The notes under the pieces are model-generated. The model was given only the letters and a program-made list of their open reading frames with translations. It was not told the DNA's origin and searched no databases. A DNA stretch of 64,000 nucleotides from Candidatus Nealsonbacteria bacterium (GTDB taxonomy: Bacteria; Patescibacteriota; Minisyncoccia; Minisyncoccales; JAGGXC01), in NCBI GenBank assembly GCA_026396195.1, contig JAPLXH010000007.1, positions 35,006 through 99,005 of the forward strand, given 5' to 3'. Numbering within the stretch: the first letter of the stretch is position 1; each line of letters opens with the position of its first letter. Shown here piece after piece: positions 54,446 through 63,521 of this stretch. The translations under genes were made by a program, and so were the position numbers.

Positions 54446-57247
54446 TTAATCTTTTATTTTGTCAATCGTTTTAAAAAGAGTTTCTCCGGAGCTGGTTAAG
54501 ATAAAAAAATCCTTGGAAACCAAATAGCAAAGGCCGAGATTTTCCTTGGTAAAATCTTGATATCTGAAGCTTAAATTTTTATAGGAAGATTCTTTGAAAA
54601 CAAGAGAGATTGCTTTTTCTTTTTTTCCCATTAAAGCAAAAAAAGAATCAAAGTCAATTTCCATTGTTTTTTCCCAGTTTTTTAGAAAAATTTTTAAACC
54701 TTCTTCATCTTTCGTTTTAACCGCAAAACCGATTCTTGGCTCTTTTTTTTCATTGATAAAAATAAAAAGAGTGAAGTTTTCTTCTACTTCCTGATAAAAA
54801 GATTCAATGTTTTTAATCTGGAAAGCTTCCAAAAAATCTTTTAAAGAGATTATTTGATTTTTTTCTTTATTCTCTATTAAAATCCTGACGAAAGAATTAA
54901 TTTTCCATTCTGCTCCAAGAGAATCAGCCAAATATTCTCTAATTTCTTCTTTTGTTGTCACTTCAAATATTTGTTTTTCTTCAATGGGAAAAAGGGAATC
55001 GGGAATTTCCAAAGTTATTTTTTCAGTTATTTCTTCGCTGTCGGTTGCCGGTTGCGTTTTTTCGGTTGTTTCTTCATTTGTTGTAGGTTGTATTTTTTCT
55101 TCAGTCAATATTTTAATTTGTGATAGGTTAGAGAAAAAAGGAATAAGTTTTTCTTTCAGGCCCCAGTACCAGAACAGGACAAACATAATTAAACTCAGGA
55201 TAAGCAAAATTATAAAGACCCTAATCATAATTTTATATAACAAGGAATGTTTTCTAGGCAAGTCTTTTCTTTTTAAGACTTCCTTTTTTTCTATTTTTTC
55301 CTTCGGTTTTTCCTTAATTTGGGGTTCGGGAATTCTTTCTTGTTCCTCCATTTCTTTTTTGATTCTTTCAATTTCCGCTCCTTTTTTGAAAATTTCCGAT
55401 TCATAAGACGGTTGTTTTAACAGGTCCAACTCTTCCTGAAGTCTTTTTTCTTTTTGTTTTATTTTTTCTCTTTCTCCGATGATTTTTAATTCTTCGTCCC
55501 TCTCTTCTTCGAAGCTTTTTACTTCTTCTTGTTCGGTTTGTTTTTTAAGCTGTTCTTCTTGTTTTCTTTTTAATTCTTCTTGCTTTTTGTTTTCTTCTTC
55601 TTGACTTCTTCTTTCGTCTTCTGCTTTTATTTTTTCCAATTCTTTTTTTTCATCCTCTTTGGGCCCTTCAGGCTCCTTTCCTAATAAATCGTAAGTTTCT
55701 TTCAGCTCTTTTTTTAATTTTTCTAATTTTTTCAATAATTCCTGATAAAGCAGGGCAATTTCTTTTTCTTCTTTTTCTATTTTTTGTTTTCCTTCGTTTA
55801 AATGCCATTTATTTTTTTCAATTTTTTCTCTTTCATCTTCCACTTTCCATCTTTCTTTTTCAATTTTTCTTTTTTCGTCAAAAAGTACGGCGCTTTCTTC
55901 GTCTATTCCCAACTCGTTTATTTTATTTTCAATCTCTTCTTCTTTTGTCGTTAACTCCTTTAAATAGGCAATAATTTTATCTTTTGTCTTTTTTATTTCC
56001 GATAATTTTTCTTCCAAAGGAATTTTTTCCCTCGTTGTTTCTTCAAGCTTTTTTTCTAATTTTTTTAATTTGTCTCCCAAGTTTAAAAATTCTTCTTGCC
56101 TTATAATTTCATTTTTTCTTTCTTGGAGGTCTTTTTCTAATTTTAAAATTTTAACAGATTCTCTTTCGCAATTGTTTATTTGGTCTTCTGTGTTTTGCAT
56201 TTTGTCTTCCGTTTCCCATCTTTTTTCTTCGATTTTTCTTCTTTCTTTATCAAATTGCCATCTTTGGACGGCTATTTGCTGTTTTTCTTCAATGGAAATG
56301 GCTTCCTTTCCTTTTTTGTCCAATTCTTTTACATCCTTTTCTGTTTTGGCTTCTTTGCTTGAAACTTGCTTCAGTCTTTTTTTAATTTCTTCAAATTGAT
56401 TTAAGAAATTATTCTTTGCTATTTCTAATTTTTGTTTTTGCAAAGCCAAAAAAACGAGTTTTTCTTCGATTTGAACCCTTTCTTTTTTGAGTTCTTCTCT
56501 TTTAAATATTTTTGATTTTCTTTTTTCTCCTTCTTCCTGTTTTTTTCTTAATTCTTCAGCTTCTTTTCTTTTTATTTCTTCTTCCTGTTTCTTTCTTTCT
56601 TCATTTCTTTTTATCAATTCTTCCTGTCTTTTTCTTTCTTTTTCTCTCCAAGCCTCTTCTTCTCTTTTCCTTTGTTCTTCTATTTTTATTCTTTCTTCAT
56701 TAAATCTCTTGTTTAGAACCTCTTCTTGTTTTTTTATTTCTTCCTCGGGTTTTTTAAATTCCTCGATTTTTTTTCTTTCCTCGGCTTGTTTTTTCAAAAA
56801 TTCTTGTTGTTTTTTTTCGTTTTCCAGCCTAATAAGCTCTTCTTTATTTCTTTGTTCTTCTATCCTTCTTTCTTCTTCTTTTTTTCTTAATTCTTCCTGG
56901 GTTTTTATCGCTCCTTGTTTTTTTAGTTCCTCTTTTTGTCTTTTTTCATTCTCAATTTTTCCTAGTTCTTCCCGTCTTTTTATTATTTCTTTTTGTTTTT
57001 TTTCTAATTCCTCTTTCCGTCTTTCTTCTTCCATCTCTATTTTTTTTCTTTTTTCATCTTTGATGGCGGTTTTTTTAAGGTCTTCATCTCTTCTTTTAGT
57101 AGTGCCCAAGTCAGCCATTCTTTTTAATTCTTCTTGGGATTGTTCAATCTTAATCTTTTCGATGTCTTTCTTCATCGTCACAATGTCCTTCATCTTTATA
57201 AAATCAATATCTTCGCTATTTTCTTCTTGAAAATCTTCTTTTAGCAT
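54446..57247 (-). CDS. Very long charged coiled-coil protein with a TM and C-terminal domain
   Basis: About 650 aa E/K/R-rich region, TM near aa 675-697, globular C-terminus. Confidence 0.8.
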   Translation of the reverse strand: MLKEDFQEENSEDIDFIKMKDIVTMKKDIEKIKIEQSQEELKRMADLGTTKRRDEDLKKTAIKDEKRKKIEMEEERRKEELEKKQKEIIKRREELGKIENEKRQKEELKKQGAIKTQEELRKKEEERRIEEQRNKEELIRLENEKKQQEFLKKQAEERKKIEEFKKPEEEIKKQEEVLNKRFNEERIKIEEQRKREEEAWREKERKRQEELIKRNEERKKQEEEIKRKEAEELRKKQEEGEKRKSKIFKREELKKERVQIEEKLVFLALQKQKLEIAKNNFLNQFEEIKKRLKQVSSKEAKTEKDVKELDKKGKEAISIEEKQQIAVQRWQFDKERRKIEEKRWETEDKMQNTEDQINNCERESVKILKLEKDLQERKNEIIRQEEFLNLGDKLKKLEKKLEETTREKIPLEEKLSEIKKTKDKIIAYLKELTTKEEEIENKINELGIDEESAVLFDEKRKIEKERWKVEDEREKIEKNKWHLNEGKQKIEKEEKEIALLYQELLKKLEKLKKELKETYDLLGKEPEGPKEDEKKELEKIKAEDERRSQEEENKKQEELKRKQEEQLKKQTEQEEVKSFEEERDEELKIIGEREKIKQKEKRLQEELDLLKQPSYESEIFKKGAEIERIKKEMEEQERIPEPQIKEKPKEKIEKKEVLKRKDLPRKHSLLYKIMIRVFIILLILSLIMFVLFWYWGLKEKLIPFFSNLSQIKILTEEKIQPTTNEETTEKTQPATDSEEITEKITLEIPDSLFPIEEKQIFEVTTKEEIREYLADSLGAEWKINSFVRILIENKEKNQIISLKDFLEAFQIKNIESFYQEVEENFTLFIFINEKKEPRIGFAVKTKDEEGLKIFLKNWEKTMEIDFDSFFALMGKKEKAISLVFKESSYKNLSFRYQDFTKENLGLCYLVSKDFFILTSSGETLFKTIDKIKD

Positions 57248-57282
57248 TATTAAAAGAATTTTTTAAAATAAAATTTTAATTA

Positions 57283-59361
57283 TTATTTTAACGGCTTGAA
57301 CAAAGATAAATCAACTCTTCCTTGGTCATCAACATTGGTTACTTTTACCCAAACTGAATCCCCGGCTTTTAGAATTTTTGTCCTGAGTTTGGAAATATGG
57401 ATTAGTCCTTCTTGGCCCGGGAAAATTTCTACAAAAGCCCCGAAATCCATTATTTTTTTGACTCTTCCCTCAAAGGTTTCTCCTATTTTTACTTCTCGGG
57501 TCATGTTTTTTATTAGAGCTGTTGCTTTTTTGCCGTTTTCTTCTTTCTCGGCTGTTATAAAAATTTTTCCGTCTTCTTCAATATCAATATTTACTTCATA
57601 TTCCTCGGTGATTTTTCTTATTATTTTTCCGCCCGGGCCTATAACGTCCCCAATTTTTTCAGGATTTATTTGCAAAACATAAACTCTTGGGGCCCAAGAG
57701 GAAAGACTTTCTCTGGGAGCAGGGAGAATTTCCTGAATTTTTTTTAAAATTTCCAATCTTGCTAACTTTCCCCTGACTAAAGCCTCGGCTAAAATTTGTT
57801 TATTTATTCCTGTAATTTTTACGTCCATCTGAATCGCAGTAATTCCTTCTTTTGTCCCGGCTACTTTTAGGTCCATATCGCCGTAATGGTCTTCGGGCCC
57901 TTGGATATCGGTTAATATTTTGTAGTTACCCTTTCCGTCGCTCATTAATCCCAGCGCGATTCCTGCAGCGGGTTTTTTTATCGGAACTCCCGCATCCATT
58001 AAAGCCAAGGAAGAAGAACAAACCGAAGCCATCGAGGAGGAACCGTTGGAAGAAAGAATTTCAGAGACTATTCTTATTGTATAAGGAAAATCATCAAAAC
58101 TTGGGATAAGAGGGAAAAGGGCTTTTTCAGCCAACATGCCGTGTCCTATTTCTCTCCGGCCGGGACTTCTTATCGGTTTTACTTCGCCTGAGCAATAAGG
58201 GGGAAAATTATAATGATGCATGAATTTTTTTTTGCCCACGATTTCCATCCCTTCAATCAATTGTTGGTCTCCCGGACTTCCCAAGGTTAAAATAGAGAGA
58301 GCTTTCGTTTGTCCTCGGACAAAAAGACCGCAGCCGTGGCTTCTAGGCACCAATCCGACTTCAGCATCAATGAACCTTAATTCGTCTAATTTTCGGCCAT
58401 CGACTCTTTTTTCTTTTTCAAGTATGTTTTTATGGACTAAATTTTCAATTTCTTTATAAAATATTTCACTTGCAAGCCTGATTTTTTCCGGTTCTTCGTG
58501 TTTCTCCTTTACAAAATTAATCAGTTCTTCTTTAAGGTCGCTCATCCTACCTTCTTGTGAGGAATTGGGCGATGAATATAGATTTTTTTCTAATTTATCA
58601 GAAAGCCAATGTCCGACTTCTTTTTCCAGTTTTTCATCTTTAAAGCTTTCAATTAAAACTTTTTCTTTGCCCGATTGCGTCGAAATTTCTTTTTGGAAAT
58701 CTATTAATTTTTTAAGATAATCTTCTCCGAATTCGGTTGCTTTTAAAATTGTTTCTTCGTCAGACTCGTCAGCCCGGCACTCAATCATGTTAATTAAAAC
58801 TCGATTATCTTTTTTGGTGCCGGCTAAAACTAATTCAATTTTTGATTCTTCTTTTTGTCCACAGGTCGGGTTTAAAACAAAGCCATCGTTTATTTTTCCT
58901 ATTCTGATGGCGCCAATAGGGCCTGACCAGGGGATATCGGAAATTGAAAGGGCTATGGAGGCGGCAATCAAGCTGACCATATCGGGATTATTCTCTCCGT
59001 CCCAGGCTAGGCAGGTGGTAATAACTTGAATTTCTCGATAAAGATTGTTGGGGAACAAAGGCCTGATGACACGGTCAATCAATCTGGAAGATAAAATTGC
59101 CTCATCGGACGGTTTTCCTTCTCTTTTCATATATCTCGACCCCTTTATTTTTCCGGACGCATAATATCTTTCTTCGTAATTTACGCTTAGCGGGAAAAAA
59201 TCGATTTGGTCGCTTTTTGATTTTGCCATAACGCAGGTTGCCAAAACCAAAGTATCGCCGTATCTTACTAAAACTTCACCGTTGGCTTTTTCAGCTAAAT
59301 TTCTAATTTGAACGATTAAATCTCGTCCCCCTAATTCTAATTTGTAATTTTTAGTTTCCAT
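57283..59361 (-). CDS. pnp: Polyribonucleotide nucleotidyltransferase
   Basis: DFFPL.V.Y.E, RREIGHG, SNGSSSMAS, GDMDLKVAG, KH and S1 domains. Confidence 0.98.
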   Translation of the reverse strand: METKNYKLELGGRDLIVQIRNLAEKANGEVLVRYGDTLVLATCVMAKSKSDQIDFFPLSVNYEERYYASGKIKGSRYMKREGKPSDEAILSSRLIDRVIRPLFPNNLYREIQVITTCLAWDGENNPDMVSLIAASIALSISDIPWSGPIGAIRIGKINDGFVLNPTCGQKEESKIELVLAGTKKDNRVLINMIECRADESDEETILKATEFGEDYLKKLIDFQKEISTQSGKEKVLIESFKDEKLEKEVGHWLSDKLEKNLYSSPNSSQEGRMSDLKEELINFVKEKHEEPEKIRLASEIFYKEIENLVHKNILEKEKRVDGRKLDELRFIDAEVGLVPRSHGCGLFVRGQTKALSILTLGSPGDQQLIEGMEIVGKKKFMHHYNFPPYCSGEVKPIRSPGRREIGHGMLAEKALFPLIPSFDDFPYTIRIVSEILSSNGSSSMASVCSSSLALMDAGVPIKKPAAGIALGLMSDGKGNYKILTDIQGPEDHYGDMDLKVAGTKEGITAIQMDVKITGINKQILAEALVRGKLARLEILKKIQEILPAPRESLSSWAPRVYVLQINPEKIGDVIGPGGKIIRKITEEYEVNIDIEEDGKIFITAEKEENGKKATALIKNMTREVKIGETFEGRVKKIMDFGAFVEIFPGQEGLIHISKLRTKILKAGDSVWVKVTNVDDQGRVDLSLFKPLK

Positions 59362-59373
59362 TTTTTATTTTTT

Positions 59374-59877
59374 TTAATCTTTTAATAAGTATTTACTGGG
59401 AGTTTTATCCAGGTCTATAAATTCATCGGCTGCTTCTTTTAATTTAGAGGAAGTGGTTTTACCGAAAGCTAAAACCTCAACTCTTTTGCCCTGATTTTTT
59501 AAATATTCGACTAAAGGAAAAAAATCCCCGTCTCCCGAGCAGAGCACAATTACATCCAAGCTTTGGGCGGTTCTTACGGCGTCAATAACTATCCCGACGT
59601 CCCAATCGGCTTTTTTCATTCCGTCGTAAAATTCTTGTAAATCTTTTACTCTCATTTCAATTCCCAACTTGGTTAAGGCTTCAAAAAAAGGTTTTTCTTC
59701 GCCTGTTTTTGTTTTTACCACATAAGCGAAAGCCCTGATAAACTTCCGGCCGGCTATCGCTGTTTTGAGAATTTCCCTGAAATTAACCTTGGATTTGTAA
59801 AGATTTTTAGCCGAATGATAAAGGTTTTGAACATCAATGAGTGCTTCCACTCTTTGTTCAATCGGTTTTATTGCCAT
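59374..59877 (-). CDS. NYN domain protein (LabA/DUF88)
   Basis: IDVQN, KADWDV, SGDGDF, ADEFIDL. Confidence 0.92.
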   Translation of the reverse strand: MAIKPIEQRVEALIDVQNLYHSAKNLYKSKVNFREILKTAIAGRKFIRAFAYVVKTKTGEEKPFFEALTKLGIEMRVKDLQEFYDGMKKADWDVGIVIDAVRTAQSLDVIVLCSGDGDFFPLVEYLKNQGKRVEVLAFGKTTSSKLKEAADEFIDLDKTPSKYLLKD

Positions 59878-59907
59878 ATATTTTTATTTCCGTTTTTAGC
59901 GGAAAAA

Positions 59908-60174
59908 TTATTTCTTTAATCCTATTTTTTTAATTAAAGAATTGTATTTTTTTTCATCAGCCTTTTTTAAGTAGCCCAAAAGGCTTTTTCTTTTGGATAC
60001 CATTTTCAGAAGCCCTTTTTTTGAATGAAAATCTTTTGGATTTTTTTTCAAATGAAGCAACAGCTCGCTTATCTCTTCGCTAAGCAAAGCTATCTGGACT
60101 TCCGAAGAACCGGTATCTTTTTCGTGCTGCTGATGTTTTTTAATCAGTTTTTCTTTGTCTTCTTTTTTTAACAT
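59908..60174 (-). CDS. rpsO: 30S ribosomal protein S15
   Basis: DTGSSEVQIALL, HL..KDFHS.KGLLKMV. Confidence 0.97.
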   Translation of the reverse strand: MLKKEDKEKLIKKHQQHEKDTGSSEVQIALLSEEISELLLHLKKNPKDFHSKKGLLKMVSKRKSLLGYLKKADEKKYNSLIKKIGLKK

Positions 60175-60259
60175 ATTTTTTTATTTAATTTATTTTTTTA
60201 TTTTACCTCAAAAATTAAAAACAAAAAAGGTGTCTTACCTTTCTTTTGATTTTAATTTA

Positions 60260-60332
60260 TGCCCCCAGCAGGACTCGAACCTGCAACTCACTGCTTAAGA
60301 GGCAGTTACTCTACCGGTTGAGTTATGAGGGC
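60260..60332 (-). tRNA. tRNA-Lys(CTT)
   Basis: GCCCTCA..ACTGC CT CTT AA GCAGT..GGTTCGAGTCC..TGGGGGC A. Confidence 0.95.
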
Positions 60333-60334
60333 GG

Positions 60335-60946
60335 TTAAAATCTTCTTATGTCGCATTTAACTTGAAACCATCCTTCTTTTTCTGGTGTTGCGGGATTGTC
60401 TACCAGCCCGGTCCATTCGCTTACTTTAATAGAAACAAGAATAGTGTTTATAATCAGCCATGATCCATAAATCAATACAAGGCCTATTGTCGCCGATGTA
60501 AGAATTTTTTTTGCGAAACTGGTTTTTTGAGGATTTTGTCCTGCTTGATACAAAGAAAACCCTCCAATCGTAAATATTAAAACAGCAATCGCAGGAACAA
60601 TTTTAATTAAAATTAAATCAAGTATGCCATCCGCCATAACAAAGAAATGACAAATAGTACAAGGAATCCATTTGCGAGAAATTAGAGTCCCTATTGGCAC
60701 TGGATCTCCGCCCGCTGTTTTTTGGTTACACTCTCCAACCACGGAAGCAGCCCACAGGATGTTTGTAGCGCAACATTTTCCGCAAGGGTTCAGCCCGTCA
60801 TAGGTGATTTTATAAACTTTAGCAGGATCTACGGAACGATCTGTAATTGTATAACTATTAGTTGCTGAAATAATAGAAGGAACAAAGAGCCAGCTTATGA
60901 AAAAAAATAAAATAAACAAATTTGAAATTTTAAATAAATTTTTCAT
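60335..60946 (-). CDS. Pilin-like secreted/membrane protein
   Basis: Start MKNLF at 60946; GL.PCG, CTICHFF, two-TM pilin-like hairpin, similar to the C-terminal module of 48781-51222. Confidence 0.75.
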   Translation of the reverse strand: MKNLFKISNLFILFFFISWLFVPSIISATNSYTITDRSVDPAKVYKITYDGLNPCGKCCATNILWAASVVGECNQKTAGGDPVPIGTLISRKWIPCTICHFFVMADGILDLILIKIVPAIAVLIFTIGGFSLYQAGQNPQKTSFAKKILTSATIGLVLIYGSWLIINTILVSIKVSEWTGLVDNPATPEKEGWFQVKCDIRRF

Positions 60947-60954
60947 ATTTTTAA

Positions 60955-61026
60955 TGCCCTCGAGAGGATTCGAACCCCTATCTTTTGTTCCGAAGACAAA
61001 GATGTTGTCCGTTACACCACGAGGGC
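60955..61026 (-). tRNA. tRNA-Arg(TCG)
   Basis: GCCCTCG..TTTGT CT TCG GA ACAAA..GGTTCGAATCC..CGAGGGC A. Confidence 0.92.
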
Positions 61027-61122
61027 TTAATCTCAATAATATTGTACCAGATGTGTTGATTTTCGGCAAGATTCAGAAAAAAGATTGAAAAAAATAAATT
61101 TCTAGATTAAGATGAAAACGAA

Positions 61123-62621
61123 ATGGAAATTCCTAAAGAAGTCCAATCTATCATAAAAGAATTGGAAAATAAAGAGTTTGAAGCCTATATTGTTGGAGGC
61201 TGCGTTCGCGATTTTTTGCTTGCCCGTCGAAGCGAAAGCGAAGGAGGGAGAAAAATAAAGCCCCGAGATTGGGACATAGCTACCAATGCGAAACCCGAAG
61301 AAATTAAAAAAATATTTTTAAAAAGTTATTCCGACAATAAATTCGGCACGGTGATTGTTTTGACCGGTTCCAAAGATGAAAGCTTGGCAGAAGTTGAAAT
61401 TACCCCTTATCGCATTGATGAAAAATATAGCGACAAGCGTCATCCCGATAAAGTTATTTGGGCGCAAAGAATTGAACAGGATTTGTCCAGGAGAGATTTT
61501 ACCATAAATGCCATCGCAATGGGGGTTGGCGGAGAAAATAAAAAATCAGAAACAAAAATTATTGACCCTTTTGACGGAGAAAAAGATTTAAAAAATAAAA
61601 TTATCCGGGCAGTGGGCAGTCCCCAAGACCGATTTTCTGAAGATGCTTTAAGAATGATGAGGGCTGTAAGATTTGCAACGACTTTAGGTTTTGAGATAGA
61701 GTCCGAGACCGCAAAAGCCATAAATAATAATTCTCATTTATTAAAAGCCATATCCAAAGAAAGAATAAGGGATGAATTTATGAAAATTATTATGTCGGAA
61801 AATGCGGACCAAGGAGTTGAATTGTTGAGAGAATTAAATCTTTTAAAATATATTATTCCGGAACTTGAAGAAGGACACGGGGTTTCTCAAAACAAACACC
61901 ATGTTTATGAAGTTTATAAACATTCTTTGCTTTCTTTGAGATACGCGGCCAAGAAAAATTTTAATAAATATGTAAGAATGGCAACTTTGCTTCATGATAT
62001 TGGAAAGCCCCGGGTTAAAAAAGGAGAAGGGCAAAATTCTACTTTTTATAACCATGAAATAGTAGGCGCTAAAATGACTTGTCAGATATTAGATTGCCTT
62101 AAGTTTTCCAAAAAGATATTGAAAAAATCGTAAAACTGGTAAGATATCATTTGTTTTATTATCATCCGGACGAAGTCGGTGAAAGCTCGGTCAGAAGATT
62201 GGTCAGACAAGTTGGGCCGGAAAATATGGAAGAATTATTGCAAGTCAGATTGTCCGATAGAATCGGCTCCGGTTGTCCGAAAGCGGAACCTTATAAATTA
62301 CGTTATTTAAAATATGTTATTGAGAAAACTGCCCAGGATTCGATTTCGGTCAAGAATTTAAAAATTTCGGGCAACGATATAATGGAAATTTTAAAAATCG
62401 AACCGGGTCCCAAAATCGGAATGATTCTTGATGTTTTGTTGGGCGAAGTTTTGGAGAATCCGGATAAAAATAAAAAAGAAATTTTAAAAAAAGAAACTGA
62501 AAAATTAGGAAAATTATCGGAAAAAGAATTAAAAAACTTGACCGAAAAAGCCAGAGAAGAAAGAGAAAAAATAGAAATGAAAAGAGATGAGATGACAAAG
62601 AAGAAATATTGGGTGACGTAG
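61123..62621 (+). CDS. cca: CCA tRNA nucleotidyltransferase with HD domain, split by a frameshift at about 62110-62114
   Basis: VGGCVRD, DWDIAT, RRDFTINA, EDALR, LLHDIGK; adding one A to the A5 run restores FSKKDIEKIVKLVRYHLFYY and joins ORF 62151-62621. Confidence 0.85.
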
Positions 62622-62625
62622 TTCA

Positions 62626-62756
62626 GGAAATAATTTTAGAGACACGCTCTGCATCCCAGCGGGATGCAAGCTTAGTTCCTCGACAAATTCAAGCACATAA
62701 AAATTTATGTGCTTGACCATGCAATTTGCCTGCGGATAGTCACTAAAATTATTTTC
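62626..62756. repeat. 131-bp multi-hairpin element with terminal inverted repeat (MITE-like or structured RNA)
   Basis: GGAAATAATTTTAG/CTAAAATTATTTTC termini; perfect hairpins at 62650-62668 and 62689-62716. Confidence 0.55.
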
Positions 62757-62778
62757 TTCACTTTTAAATTTTAAAAAT

Positions 62779-62849
62779 CGGGGTGTAGTATAACGGCAGT
62801 ATGCAGGGTTCGGGACTCTGCGGTCTGGGTTCAATTCCCAGCACCCCGA
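62779..62849 (+). tRNA. tRNA-Pro(CGG)
   Basis: CGGGGTG..CAGGG TT CGG GA CTCTG..GGTTCAATTCC..CACCCCG A. Confidence 0.95.
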
Positions 62850-62856
62850 CAAGAAC

Positions 62857-62927
62857 GGGCCTGTAGTTTAACGGCAGAACACTACATTCGCATTGTAGGA
62901 ATGCGGGTTCAATTCCCGCCGGGTCCA
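62857..62927 (+). tRNA. tRNA-Ala(CGC)
   Basis: GGGCCTG..CTACA TT CGC AT TGTAG..CGGGTCC A; G3-U70 pair. Confidence 0.95.
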
Positions 62928-62934
62928 TAATATC

Positions 62935-63369
62935 ATGTCTTCAAAAGAAATCGGAATTCTGGGAGAAAAAATTGCGGAAAATTATTTAAGGAAAAAAGGT
63001 TATAAAATTTTGGAGAAAAATTATTCTCCAAGTTTTGTTACAGGTTTAAATATTGGAGAAATCGACCTTATAACCAAAAAAGAAGATGTAATTATTTTTG
63101 TTGAAGTAAAGACCCTTCGACTTCGCTCCCTTCAATTCGATTCAGGACAAGCAGGGCAAGCCTTTCGAAAAAATCAGGGCGAGTATTTTAATCCCGAGGA
63201 TAAAGTTAATTATCAAAAACAAAGAAAAATAATAAAAACAGCCCAAAGTTATATTTTAGAGAAAAAACTTTTTTCTGAAATTAAATGGCAGGTTGATGTT
63301 TTGTCTATTGTCATTAATTTTGAAACAAGAAAGGCAAAAATTAAACACTTTAAGAATGCAGTTGTTTGA
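62935..63369 (+). CDS. YraN family (UPF0102) protein with an in-frame repeat insertion
   Basis: GEKIAENYL..KGY.ILE.N, GEIDLI, FVEVKT. Confidence 0.9.
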   Translation: MSSKEIGILGEKIAENYLRKKGYKILEKNYSPSFVTGLNIGEIDLITKKEDVIIFVEVKTLRLRSLQFDSGQAGQAFRKNQGEYFNPEDKVNYQKQRKIIKTAQSYILEKKLFSEIKWQVDVLSIVINFETRKAKIKHFKNAVV

Positions 63370-63521
63370 TCCTCCTTCGTCCCGACCGTGTCGGGACTAC
63401 GGATAGATAAACACTCTTCGATTTTCATGTAATATTTATTAAGAAGTTGACCAGTATGTTTTATTTTGCTAAACTAATATAAATTTAAAGGTTGTCCGCG
63501 AAAGGGGACCTTTTTTAAAAT

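Noticed and set aside
54594-57230. Plus-strand Phe/Ser/Leu-rich ORFs (also 44470-44913, 31143-31382, 63474-63845 and similar)
   Set aside because: Antisense shadows of Lys/Glu-rich genes with no independent signals
60947-61069. N-terminal extension of ORF 60335-61069
   Set aside because: Overlaps tRNA-Arg(TCG); the signal-peptide-like start is at 60946
62611-62645. tRNA-like start GGTGACGTAGTTCAG
   Set aside because: It is the end of the cca ORF (WVT-stop); no T-arm or cloverleaf follows
63443-63476. RNase P RNA-like 5' end GAAGTTGACCAG
   Set aside because: Better explained as the nusA promoter TTGACC-17-TAAACT; no GAGGAAAGTCC core and no room
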